Assembly: GCA_965220085.1 (NCBI GenBank)
Contig: CBDCOZ010000003.1
Location: forward strand, 32,001-96,000
Source of the DNA: Candidatus Oxydemutatoraceae bacterium
GTDB lineage: Bacteria > Pseudomonadota > Gammaproteobacteria > Poriferisulfidales > Oxydemutatoraceae
Length of the DNA stretch: 64,000 nucleotides
Direction of reading: 5' to 3'
Shown here: positions 9,320-19,101 of the stretch, in pieces
Position numbering within the stretch: position 1 is the first letter of the stretch
Layout of the letters: each line of letters begins with the position of its first letter
Notes under the pieces: generated by a model
The model's input: the letters and a program-made list of their open reading frames with translations, nothing else
Databases searched by the model: none
Told to the model about the DNA's origin: nothing
Program-made: the position numbers and the translations under genes

Positions 9320-10656
9320 TTTTTCTTTACCTTCAATATGTATTCTTCATGATAGGCAAGAACCTTACCCCTTGTTGTTTTAGATGTGAATTTACCGGTA
9401 TCTTTATCGCGATAAGGGGCAATCATTTTGCGAGTATTGGCATCTCTTTTAATGACATCATCCAAATCAAACCCTAAATTCAGTAGCTGCTCCAAAGCTA
9501 CCTGCGCATTAAGTATAGATACCCCAAGAAGATTTGTATTCCCAATAATAATGCAAGCCTTTTTATCTTTTCTCAGTAAGCGATGTATGGATCGAAAGGC
9601 TTTGTTCATTCGCAAAAAATAGGTATTAATTTTGCGAGATAAAGCCTTGTTACTTTGTTCCATTTGCTTAACGATATTTAACGCAATATCGCTACCCAAA
9701 CGATGCGCTGCCTGATTATCTATACAAAGACTACTGCCTATGAAATCATCTATACGAAGGCTGCTGCCTATGAAATAACTCTTGAATGATCTGAAGTCTC
9801 GTATATGCGTCCCCCAATTTTTATATTTTTTATGCCCAAGCCATAGAAGTGTTAATTGATGCAAATCCCCATACTCATAAGAGGTAACATAAGGCGGCGA
9901 AGTAATAATTAAGTCTGCTTTTAACTTACTATGATTTTTTTTAGTAATATCTTGCAGGTAAATATTGCTCGCTAAAGATAGGCGTTTTTCTGCTTTTAAA
10001 TAGTGGTAAAAAATCTCATTTTTTTTCACCATTCTATTTAGATGATTTATAAATGTTTTGAAGACATCAATCTCTTGTTTATTAGAGTCAATCGTTGGTT
10101 TTATGCTTTTCATAAGCCAGCGAGAAGCATTCTTTAAGCAATGCGATAGCGCACAGATAAAAAATTTTTGAATATCTGGCTTTTCCTCTTCTAAAATCGC
10201 ACTGTGAATATGGCTTAGAGCATCATAGCTTCCCTTGGAAAACCAGTATTGAATTCGTTCCGTGGCCTTGTAGTAATCACTGCCCACAGCTTGACTATCT
10301 TCCATCCGTCTTACCAAGCGGTCTTGAGCATCTATAAGCGTATCTGGATTAATTGGCTTTACCTTTACTTCAGTAATAAGTTTTGCAACCGGATTTATAT
10401 CAAAACCAAAGCTTTCTCTGCCATTTATTTTTGCCTCAACTAACGTGGTTCCACACCCGCCGAAAGGGTCACAAACTATATCTTTCTCGTTACATTCTTC
10501 TTCAATTAGTCTCTTTGCTAAAGGGCCAATGAATTTTGCCGGGTAACGATGATAATTATGGGAATATACTTCGTACTTATCGTGTGCAAACGACCACTTG
10601 CCATCAAATGACAATCTCCCAAATCTCTCTTTTACTTCTATTTTTTTTGATGGCAT
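9316..10656 (-). CDS. amino-DNA methyltransferase (probably N4-cytosine)
   Basis: HRYPAKF, DPFGGCGT (motif I) preceding TSPPY (motif IV). Confidence 0.88.
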   Translation of the reverse strand: MPSKKIEVKERFGRLSFDGKWSFAHDKYEVYSHNYHRYPAKFIGPLAKRLIEEECNEKDIVCDPFGGCGTTLVEAKINGRESFGFDINPVAKLITEVKVKPINPDTLIDAQDRLVRRMEDSQAVGSDYYKATERIQYWFSKGSYDALSHIHSAILEEEKPDIQKFFICALSHCLKNASRWLMKSIKPTIDSNKQEIDVFKTFINHLNRMVKKNEIFYHYLKAEKRLSLASNIYLQDITKKNHSKLKADLIITSPPYVTSYEYGDLHQLTLLWLGHKKYKNWGTHIRDFRSFKSYFIGSSLRIDDFIGSSLCIDNQAAHRLGSDIALNIVKQMEQSNKALSRKINTYFLRMNKAFRSIHRLLRKDKKACIIIGNTNLLGVSILNAQVALEQLLNLGFDLDDVIKRDANTRKMIAPYRDKDTGKFTSKTTRGKVLAYHEEYILKVKKK

Positions 10657-10716
10657 GCATCCATTTCCATTTTAGTGCATTGGATGTAGGATTATATCAG
10701 GCTTGATTAGGGGGAA

Positions 10717-10900
10717 TGTATGATGCCATGACATATTGGACACATGGGGCAAGCGTTGTGCTGTGTCATAGGTGCTTGAAGCCTCAGTCCGTAGTGTGGT
10801 TTCTTCGTGGTGTTTTGGTATTAAACCATAGCAGATATTTTATCCGACAATCATTGAATGTCCGCATATCGGTCCTCAACAAACCCGCTTCAAATTCCGC
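10717..10900 (-). mobile_element. IS481-like remnant: transposase C-terminus and right end
   Basis: AEFEAGLLRTDMRTFNDCRIKYLLWFNTKTP resembles an IS481 C-terminus; end TGTATGATGCCA resembles the 3968 and 41520 ends; homologous to 41210-41290. Confidence 0.55.
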
Positions 10901-11001
10901 AAACAGTTTGTGGAGCACAAACAACTTAAGGAACCACAAACAATTAAATATTGTTTGTGCTCTCATATCGTTTGTGTCTCATTAAGCGTTGTTTGTGTAC
11001 A
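10899..11001. repeat. CAAACA half-site array with palindromic site 10935-10959
   Basis: cacaaacaat-taaat-attgtttgtg; shares caaacagtttgtggagcacaaacaact with 1233-1259 and the tgtgtacat end with ~1785-1794. Confidence 0.8.
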
Positions 11002-11072
11002 TACTCCGTATCCTGTCTCACCCCCCTTGCACACCTCATAACACCCCCCTTTTCCGCCGCAGGGTACTCGCG

Positions 11073-12302
11073 CTATCGCAACGGCCCTTCCAAGAAGAGG
11101 CGCAGGCGCAAGCGCAAGTGCAAGGGGCGCACACGGGCGGCGACGGAGCACAGCGGGCCCTCGCTGGCCGGCATCGGGTGGCTGTCCATGAAACTTACGC
11201 AGACTCTTATGTACTGTCCCACCTGGGCCCGGCCTGGGGTGAATACGTTGGTGGTGGCATCGGTGATGGCGGCAAAAGTGCCGTCGCTGGTGGCGGTCTG
11301 TTGCCATTGCCACATCAGAGTATTTCCGTCTATGCCGTTGGGGTCGTTTATGTTTGCCGAGAAAGCGCCCAGCTGGATTCCCTCGACATGGGTGGGAGTC
11401 TGGGCGGTGGGGGCCGGGATTATGGTAGGGCTGCCAGTGGCGTCAACCTGAACCACCGATATCAATCGGATGTTGACTGAAGCGAAGTTGACACTGGTCT
11501 TGTTGTCGGTGCCATCGCTGCCATCGTCCGTCACTTTGAAGTTGAAAGAGGTATAAATGATGCCCGTGTCGTCAGGGTCGCTGGGTTCCTGGTTTGGTAT
11601 AGGGTAATAGGTCAGAGCGCCGGCGTCCAGTTGGGCCACGGTTATGGGGCTTGTGGGTTTGGCGGTCAGGGCTGTGCCATTCAGGGCCAGAGTGCCGAAG
11701 TTACGGGATGGCAAGTTCTCTATGATGACGCTGGCCAGCATATCTTTATCAACATCGTTGAACGGAAAGTCGGTTGCCTCGAACACATAAGGGTCGGCGG
11801 CATTGGCGTTGACACTTACACCTATGGCTGTGTTGCTTCTTCTTGCCACTGGCGCATCGTTGATGTTGGCCACAGCGGCGGTTATCTGCAGGCATCGCTC
11901 CTCCATATTGGGGGTGGCGGCCATATCCATGAACGATGCGCAGACTCGCAGAAACTTGCCCACCTGATCATCGCCCGGAGTGAATGCGGCATTGGTCGCA
12001 CCGGAGATATTGGCGTAGTCACCGCCGTTGGTGTCGGCTGCGCTCCACTGCCAACTGAATGTGCCCAGGCCATCGGTATCGTCTATGGCGGTGGAACCGT
12101 TGCCGCCGTTGGCGGTGATGGCGGAGTCCTCAGTGGGAACGTTTATGCCGCTGGCGTAGGTAACCCCCGGCATGCCGGTAGCATTGCTCTGCGCCTGCGC
12201 TTGAGCGGATACGATGAAAAGCGCGAGCAGAGCGAGCGACTGGAGGCTAAGCCGTGTCATTGCTACCTGCCAATTCGGGGAGGAGCGGAGTACTTGCATC
12301 AT
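11073..12302 (-). CDS. exported Ig/cadherin-like repeat protein with L-H-LRLRLRLFLEGPLR tail
   Basis: signal peptide ...LALLALFIVSAQAQA; two WQW..GAT/DAT..FTP..VGK/Q..RVC modules and a DFPF cadherin-like module; start overlaps the upstream paralog's stop (ATGA). Confidence 0.85.
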   Translation of the reverse strand: MMQVLRSSPNWQVAMTRLSLQSLALLALFIVSAQAQAQSNATGMPGVTYASGINVPTEDSAITANGGNGSTAIDDTDGLGTFSWQWSAADTNGGDYANISGATNAAFTPGDDQVGKFLRVCASFMDMAATPNMEERCLQITAAVANINDAPVARRSNTAIGVSVNANAADPYVFEATDFPFNDVDKDMLASVIIENLPSRNFGTLALNGTALTAKPTSPITVAQLDAGALTYYPIPNQEPSDPDDTGIIYTSFNFKVTDDGSDGTDNKTSVNFASVNIRLISVVQVDATGSPTIIPAPTAQTPTHVEGIQLGAFSANINDPNGIDGNTLMWQWQQTATSDGTFAAITDATTNVFTPGRAQVGQYIRVCVSFMDSHPMPASEGPLCSVAARVRPLHLRLRLRLFLEGPLR

Positions 12303-13170
12303 CGCAACGGGCCCTCAAGGAAGAGGCGCAGGCGCAAGCGCAGAGACAGATTGTCCACCAGAATGCCGTCGCTACACAGCGGCCCTTCCGATTCGGACAT
12401 GGAAAACTGATCCTTGAAAGAAACGCAGGTGCGCACATACCTGCTCAGTTGGGCGGCAGTCGGTGCGAAGAGGGAGGAAGAAGTAGCATCCTTTATGTCG
12501 ATGTAATCACCGGTTTTGGGAACGCCACTGACGGGGGCATCGGCCTGTTGCCACTGCCAACTCAGGGTGCCGACATCAATGCCGTTGGGGTCTGTCACAC
12601 CGGTAATGGAAGCTCTGATTCGGCCCGTGTCCGTGGCGGCGATTGTGGGAGCGCCGCTGGCGGCCATCTGCGTGTCTGCTCCCGCCAGATTGATGGTCAT
12701 GGTGGCCGTTGAACTCGTCCTGCCATCGCGAATGTTGAAGATGAAACTGGTATAACCAGGGGTAACAGAGATAGCATCGGCAGGAGGGGCGTATCTGGAA
12801 CGACTGTGATTCCCCAAAGGTTTCTCAAAATCGCTTGGGAAGAAGAAGGCAACATGAGCATCTCTGGTTGCAGAACTCACATGGGCGGCAAGATCCTGAC
12901 CATTTCCCCTGGTCAGGGTGCCGCGCTCAGGATAACTTACAAAGCTCAGCGAACCTGAGGCAAAGCCGGAGAAGTCAGCCAATACGAAGGTATAACTGCC
13001 ACTGCCGAGGACAATATCAACACTGCTGTCCCGGGCTTGGGCATCGGCCCGGTTTGCGCCCAATGCCAAGCACAAGGCGAGCAACAAGAGCGGCCAGAGG
13101 CCGCACCCGTTTAAGTCAATGCGGGGGGGGGGGGGGGGGGGGGCAGTGTTGGATCGAACGTTGCAAACAT
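12299..13170 (-). CDS. exported protein with LRLRLRLFLEGPLR tail; frameshifted at a poly-C tract (phase-OFF), main ORF 13087-12299
   Basis: GAGGG RBS, ATG 13170 (MFATFDPTLPPP), C21; the shifted frame reads RIDLNGCGLWPLLLALCLALGANRADA. Confidence 0.75.
13123..13143 (-). repeat. poly-G/C tract (21 nt), putative phase-variation switch
   Basis: 19 or 22 nt would put ATG 13170 in frame. Confidence 0.85.
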
Positions 13171-13189
13171 CTTAATACGCCCTCGTGAA

Positions 13190-14571
13190 GGGAATTATGT
13201 ATTTAACTTGACAGAGGCAGATTATGTCAGGCAGGAAACTTGACAAAGATACCAGTACGCTATATACCTATATCTTAATTCGTTGTTAAACCACTTTGGG
13301 GATTAGGACTATGAGTAAGAGAAAAGCAGAAATATTAAGCCTATATCAGATTATGGAGCAATACCCGACCGATGAAGCGACCATACGATACCTTGAAAGT
13401 CTGGCATGGAGTGATAAGCCGGTATGTTCTAAATGCGGATGTGATAACAAAATTACAGAGCAAAAGAAAGCTGGCGATTATTGGTGCGGTAGCTGTCGTT
13501 CATACTTCAATGTATTCACCAATACACCGCTAGAGCGGAATAAAGTAGATGCCAGAAAATGGGTTTATGCTTCCTATACCCTGCTCACTTCACGCAAAGG
13601 GATAAGCAGTCTGCAATTAAGCAAAGAGATTGGAGTGCAACAAAGAACAGCGTGGTATATGCTTCACCGCTTGCGGGTTATATGTGGCGGGGATATGCAG
13701 GCGCTGCATGGGCAAGTAGAGACAGATGAAACTTATATCGGCGGCAAGGAGAAAAACCGCCATCCCAACAAGAAAAAGCGGGCGGGTCGCGGTGGTGCTG
13801 GCAAGACTGCTATACTGGGTATGCGAGAGCGTAAAGGCAGAGTAAAGGCCATGCCAGTAGAGAACACTACAAAGGAAACACTACAGACCGCCGTACATAA
13901 AAATGTCCGCAAGGGTTCTACCCTTTTTACTGATGAAAACCCCTCATACAATGGTGTTGCCAATCGCCACTATGCGGTTAATCATTCTGCGAAGGAATAT
14001 GTAAATGGTATGGCGCACACTAACGGCATAGAATCCGTATGGGCTGTACTCAAGAGAGGTTTTAGCGGTGTGTATCACAACTGGAGTAAGAAGCATTGCA
14101 GGGCTTATGTCAATGAGTTTTCCTTCCGTCTTAACGATGGCAATTGTGAGATAGATACCCAAGACAGATTAAACAGTTTGTTTGCCGGTATGCACGGCAA
14201 GCAGATTACTTATAAGGAATTGACAGGATGAAAACCACCCACAGCATAACTACAGTTTCGGTGAAGGTAGATAATTCAAAAAGGGTTCCTTTGAAATAGA
14301 TTTATCGGTGGTGCTATCCTTCCTTTGAGTATGAAATAGACAATGTAGAGCATGACACATCTAATCAGTCAGATATGCAAATATGAAACAGAAAGACTTA
14401 GACAGAGCGGCTACGGCACTACTTAAAGCAGGGAAACCGCCGAAGGATAAAGATTGCCCGATACCGACAAAAGCAGACTTAAACCGTAAGTTTGTCATGC
14501 GGGTAGACCGTCAAGGCAAACCCACAATTATTGAGAAATAATACCTCTGTCAAGTTAAATACATAATTCCC
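13190..14571 (+). mobile_element. IS1595-family insertion sequence, copy 2
   Basis: same TIRs; 8-bp TSD CTCGTGAA (13182-13189 and 14572-14579); only one difference from copy 1 noticed. Confidence 0.95.
13311..14231 (+). CDS. IS1595-family DDE transposase
   Basis: protein identical to 4210-5130. Confidence 0.95.
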   Translation: MSKRKAEILSLYQIMEQYPTDEATIRYLESLAWSDKPVCSKCGCDNKITEQKKAGDYWCGSCRSYFNVFTNTPLERNKVDARKWVYASYTLLTSRKGISSLQLSKEIGVQQRTAWYMLHRLRVICGGDMQALHGQVETDETYIGGKEKNRHPNKKKRAGRGGAGKTAILGMRERKGRVKAMPVENTTKETLQTAVHKNVRKGSTLFTDENPSYNGVANRHYAVNHSAKEYVNGMAHTNGIESVWAVLKRGFSGVYHNWSKKHCRAYVNEFSFRLNDGNCEIDTQDRLNSLFAGMHGKQITYKELTG

Positions 14572-14686
14572 CTCGTGAAGTTTGCATTATATAAGATCTT
14601 CGCACCCGCCTGCGAGCAAGCGCATACATCTCGGTGATGCCTAGATTATATAGAATATTTCCCATTGGGTCTCCCGCAACCTACAT

Positions 14687-14776
14687 TAAACAATCCGCAA
14701 ACAGCTAAATGTTGCTTGCGTACATATTGTCCACAATCCGCGAATAACTGAGCACTGTTTGCGTACACATTGTCCG
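14687..14776. repeat. two tandem degenerate palindromic sites (14696-14720 and 14739-14763), 43-bp period
   Basis: cgcaaacagc-taaat-gttgcttgcg and cgcgaataac-tgagc-actgtttgcg, each followed by tacayattgtcc. Confidence 0.7.
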
Positions 14777-14919
14777 TCCGCCTGTAAAACCCGCACTATA
14801 CACGATTTGCACCCGCCTTGCAACCGGCAGGAATCCGGAATGTTTCCGGCATTATTCGCTGTCGGGCGGCGGGGTCAAGATGCAAGCCCCGACAACCGCA
14901 TCCGAATGATGTAAAATCT

Positions 14920-15237
14920 ATGCCTATGGGAGATAGCAACACAGCGGGAAAATTAGGTCGCAGTCTGACCTGGGCTTTTGTGATCGCCGCATGGGGGCTC
15001 ACGATCGCGTTGGTTTATCATTTGCTATCGGGCACATTTGAGAGCGGTCGCAGTTGTCAAACAGATTGCGTAAAAACCATCTATTGGTCGGCCTTCATCG
15101 CCGCGCTCGCCGGGATCGCCGCCGGCTTTGCAACCAGAAAGTCTGGCGGCTCTCTGTCCTTTGCCATCAAAATGGGGGCCTTGTTTCTTCTGCTGGCAAT
15201 GTTTGCGGTGACGATGTTCATCGGAACATTTCTATAA
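14920..15237 (+). CDS. small membrane protein (3 predicted TM segments)
   Basis: three hydrophobic stretches; start chosen at ATG 14920. Confidence 0.6.
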   Translation: MPMGDSNTAGKLGRSLTWAFVIAAWGLTIALVYHLLSGTFESGRSCQTDCVKTIYWSAFIAALAGIAAGFATRKSGGSLSFAIKMGALFLLLAMFAVTMFIGTFL

Positions 15238-15248
15238 ATCGCGCGCGC

Positions 15249-17315
15249 TCACACTTCCGCATAACGCGCGAGGCGCCCCAGCCATCTGTCGATCAGTTCA
15301 TTGCTTAACTGCGGGTGTTCAAGCAGAAATTCTTCCGCAATCTGGGTGACGTGTCGCACCAACTCGGCATCACGGGACAGGTCGGCCACCCTGAAATACA
15401 TTTGCCCCGTTTGCCGCGTGCCCATGATCTCGCCCGGGCCGCGCAAGCGCATATCTTCGCGGGCAATCTCAAAGCCGTCGTTTGACTTGCGCAATATCTC
15501 AATCCGTCGCTTTGCTTTGTCCGACAACGGAGGCTTATAAACCAGCACGCAGGCGCTCTGACGCTCGCCCCTGCCGACACGACCGCGCAACTGATGCAAC
15601 TGCGCGAGCCCCATGCGTTCGGCATTCTCAATGACCATCAAAGATGCGTTGGGAACATCCACGCCGACTTCCACCACGGTGGTCGCAACGAGGACATCTA
15701 TCTCGCCGCGCTTAAACTTTTGCATCGCTTCTTCTTTTTTGCTCGGGTGCAACTGGCCGTGAACGAGCCCCATGCGCAGTTTGGGCAGATGCTTCTTGAG
15801 GTGGCGGAAGCTGTCTTCGGCGGTGCGGCATTGCAGTGTTTCCGACCCTTCAATCAGGGTGCAAACCCAGTACGCCTGCGCACCCTGCGCACAGGCCTCG
15901 CCGATCCGCTTGACGACTTCGGCGCGGCGCTCCTCGGACAGGGCGACGGTCTGTATCGGCTTGCGACCCGGCGGCATCTCATCGATCACCGAGTAATCCA
16001 AGTCGGCATACATCACCATCGCAAGGCTTCGCGGAATCGGTGTCGCCGTCATAATCAGTTGGTGCGGGTCGCAGTCTTCTTCTTTGCCTTTTTCTTTCAG
16101 CAACAATCTCTGGTGCACGCCAAACCGGTGTTTCTCATCGACAACGATCAGCGACAGGTTTTCAAACTCAACCGCCTCTTGAAACAGCGCGTGGGTGCCG
16201 ATGACCAGCCGCGCCGCCCCCTGACGAATATGGCGCAACAGGGCCGAGCGCTCTTTTGCTTTCTGCCTGCCGCTGACCATGCACATCGTAACGCCCAGCG
16301 CTTCCATCAACGGGCGCAGGTTGCTTGCATGCTGCTCGGCAAGAATCTCGGTCGGCGCCATCAGCGCCGCCTGATAACCGCATTCAATCGCTTGTAACAA
16401 AGCGGCTACCGCCACCAATGTCTTGCCGGAACCGACATCGCCCTGCGCCAGCCGCATCATCGGTCTTGGCCGCGCAATATCTTCGCGCACTTCGGCTATC
16501 ACCCGCTTTTGTGCGGCGGTCAATTCAAACGGAAGTTGTTCCAGCAACTTCCCGAACAGTTTGCCTTCGCATTTGAGGGCTATCGCTTTGCGCCGGTGCT
16601 CCTCGCTGCGCAGACGCTTGAGGCTGAGCATGTTTGCAAGCAATTCTTCAAACGCCAGACGGCGATGGGCGGGGTTGTGGCCATTCGCCAATGACTGCAA
16701 ATCAGTCCCCGCCGGCGGGCGGTGAATCAGGTTTATCGCTTCCTGCAAGGATAACTTGCCGATGCCTTCGCGCATATCGGGCGGCAACAATTCTTTCAAG
16801 CGGTTCTCGGGTTGTGCGAGCCAAGCGAGCGCCTGATCGGTGATCTTCAACAGGTTCTTTTGTTGCACCCCTTCGGTGCTCGGGTAAACCGGCGTGTAGC
16901 ACCGCTCTACCGGAACGGGTCTGTCGGCGGTGAAACGATATTCGGGGTGTATCATCTCGGGGCGGCCCCGCGCCAGACGACATTCTCCGTACGCATAGAC
17001 CTCGCTCCCTTGCGCAAAACTTCTTTCCTGCGCCGTGGAAAAATGGAAAAAGCGCAACTGCACGGTTCCGCTCTCATCCCCGACCTCAACGAGCAGCGTC
17101 CGCCGCCTGCCATACGCCACACGCGCAGAAAGCACACGTCCGGCAATCAGCGCGTTCAAATCCGAGCGCAGTTGCCCTATCGGCAACACACGGGTGCGAT
17201 CCTGATAACGCAGCGGAAAGTGGAACAGGACATCCTCAACGCTCTCAATGCCGAGTTTGTCAAGGCGCGAAGCAATCGCCTCCCCAATTCCCTTGAGCGC
17301 GGTAATCGGAGTCAT
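15249..17315 (-). CDS. recG: ATP-dependent DNA helicase RecG
   Basis: QGDVGSGKT, DE(K)HRFGV, MTATPIPRSL, QLRGRVGRG. Confidence 0.97.
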   Translation of the reverse strand: MTPITALKGIGEAIASRLDKLGIESVEDVLFHFPLRYQDRTRVLPIGQLRSDLNALIAGRVLSARVAYGRRRTLLVEVGDESGTVQLRFFHFSTAQERSFAQGSEVYAYGECRLARGRPEMIHPEYRFTADRPVPVERCYTPVYPSTEGVQQKNLLKITDQALAWLAQPENRLKELLPPDMREGIGKLSLQEAINLIHRPPAGTDLQSLANGHNPAHRRLAFEELLANMLSLKRLRSEEHRRKAIALKCEGKLFGKLLEQLPFELTAAQKRVIAEVREDIARPRPMMRLAQGDVGSGKTLVAVAALLQAIECGYQAALMAPTEILAEQHASNLRPLMEALGVTMCMVSGRQKAKERSALLRHIRQGAARLVIGTHALFQEAVEFENLSLIVVDEKHRFGVHQRLLLKEKGKEEDCDPHQLIMTATPIPRSLAMVMYADLDYSVIDEMPPGRKPIQTVALSEERRAEVVKRIGEACAQGAQAYWVCTLIEGSETLQCRTAEDSFRHLKKHLPKLRMGLVHGQLHPSKKEEAMQKFKRGEIDVLVATTVVEVGVDVPNASLMVIENAERMGLAQLHQLRGRVGRGERQSACVLVYKPPLSDKAKRRIEILRKSNDGFEIAREDMRLRGPGEIMGTRQTGQMYFRVADLSRDAELVRHVTQIAEEFLLEHPQLSNELIDRWLGRLARYAEV

Positions 17316-17347
17316 CGTCAGGCGAAAGGTATGGGATGGGGCCGGCT

Positions 17348-17731
17348 TCAGGCAACAACCATAATCGCTTCAACTTCAACCGCGGCACCTTTGGGCAACG
17401 CGGCGACGCCGACCGTCGCGCGCGCCGGATACGGCTTGTCAAAGTACGCTTCCATCACCTCGTTCACTGTCGGGAAGTCGGCCAACTCGGTCAAGTAGAT
17501 GCCGAGCTTGACGATATCCGACAACTGTCCGCCAGCCGCCTCGCAGACCGCCCGCAGGTTCTCAAACACCCGCTCTGTCTGCGCCCGTATATCGCCCTCC
17601 GCCAACTCCATCGTCGCGGGTTGCAGGGGTATCTGTCCCGACAGGTATACGACATTGCCGACCCGCACCGCCTGTGAGTACGGGCCGATAGCGTCCGGTG
17701 CGTTGTTTGTTTGAATAGGTTCTTTGGACAT
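17348..17731 (-). CDS. ridA: RidA/YjgF family enamine deaminase
   Basis: [22 protein letters not shown]; conserved position between spoT and recG. Confidence 0.92.
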   Translation of the reverse strand: MSKEPIQTNNAPDAIGPYSQAVRVGNVVYLSGQIPLQPATMELAEGDIRAQTERVFENLRAVCEAAGGQLSDIVKLGIYLTELADFPTVNEVMEAYFDKPYPARATVGVAALPKGAAVEVEAIMVVA

Positions 17732-17856
17732 GTTTTCCTCCTTCTAATGTGCGCTGTCGGCCTTTAAGCCGACTCTATAAACTTCTGTGTTGGCGACATT
17801 CTTTGTTATGCCGCGCATAATATTATTCAATACCTTTTTGCTTTTAACGCCGATAA
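17667..17856. repeat. 190-bp direct repeat, left copy (spoT 3' end plus ridA 5' end)
   Basis: matches 21173-21362 with one mismatch seen. Confidence 0.95.
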
Positions 17857-18086
17857 TAAAAGAGTCAACGACGATACGGCGATACTGCCAGAGCTCAGCG
17901 GGCGATATTTGGCGACGAATGACTTATAAGCAGACACTTCGTTCCGCCACCCGCCGAATGCCACAACCTCTTGCGACATATCCGCCATACCTCGTGACCT
18001 TTCTTTATTGTATCTGTCTGTGCCACACTGTACACTATAGACAAGAATTTCCGGCGCATCTGCAGATATACTTTTGAAATAAACTA

Positions 18087-18983
18087 ATGAATAAAAGCTT
18101 TCTAAACAAAGTGTTCTATAAAAACGCTCAGAATATGAGCGAAGTTCCCGATGAGGCAGTTGACCTCATTGTCACATCGCCGCCATACTTCAACATCAAA
18201 GATTACACAAAGGACGGCTATCAAAAGATTTCAAAAGCGGAAAGGCACATAAATCAACTGGGAGATATTGACGACTACCAAATTTTTATCAATGAGTTGC
18301 TGAAAGTATGGAACGAATGTGAAAGAGTTTTGAAACCAAATGGGAAAATGATAATAAATACTCCGCTTATGCCGATGAAGAAAGCGGATTATTTGACACA
18401 TTACAACAGACACATATTTGATCTTAATTCTGATATACAGCAGTCAATCCTGCGTCAAGAAGAGACAAAGATATTTCTGTACGATGTTTATATCTGGGAC
18501 CGCGCCAACCCGAGCAAAAAGCTGATGTTTGGCAGTTATCCGTATCCGCGAAACTTCTATGCGCAAAATACAAGCGAGTTCGTAACCGTTTATGTGAAGG
18601 ACGGCAAGCCGATAAATGATTCTCCCAGAGAAGTCAAAGAAGCGAGCAGACTCACCGAGGAAGAATGGGTTGAGTTCACAAAACAGGTTTGGCGAATACC
18701 TGTCCCCGGCAGGGATGATATTGCTTTTGGAAAACATAGCGCGCTTATGCCGGAGGAAATAGTTTATCGTTGCGTGAGACTGTTTACTTATGTTGATGAT
18801 GTGGTTCTTGACCCCTTCGCGGGGAGCGGGACAACGCTGAAGGTGGCAAAAGAAGCGAAGCGCAATTTTATCGGATACGAAGTGATGAGTAATTACAAAG
18901 AAGTGATTAATAAGAAGCTCATAGAAGCCGAAAGAAAACTCAGCGGAAATTATCCCAACGAGCAATTATGCATAGAGGCCTAG
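18087..18983 (+). CDS. beta-class DNA methyltransferase (SPPY, probably m4C; M2.MboII-like)
   Basis: TSPPY precedes DPFAGSGT. Confidence 0.9.
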   Translation: MNKSFLNKVFYKNAQNMSEVPDEAVDLIVTSPPYFNIKDYTKDGYQKISKAERHINQLGDIDDYQIFINELLKVWNECERVLKPNGKMIINTPLMPMKKADYLTHYNRHIFDLNSDIQQSILRQEETKIFLYDVYIWDRANPSKKLMFGSYPYPRNFYAQNTSEFVTVYVKDGKPINDSPREVKEASRLTEEEWVEFTKQVWRIPVPGRDDIAFGKHSALMPEEIVYRCVRLFTYVDDVVLDPFAGSGTTLKVAKEAKRNFIGYEVMSNYKEVINKKLIEAERKLSGNYPNEQLCIEA

Positions 18984-19101
18984 TTTATACTTGTGATTCG
19001 GCCTTTGGCTATCCGCAGAGAATGGGAAAGAACGGAGGCGCGACTTTATTGGCCGGGAAGTAGCGGGGGTTAACACAGGCCGAAAGAAAGCCCAAGAGAT
19101 T

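Noticed and set aside
4089-14571. Composite transposon formed by the two IS1595 copies
   Set aside because: Each copy has its own distinct TSD, and the outer flanks do not match.
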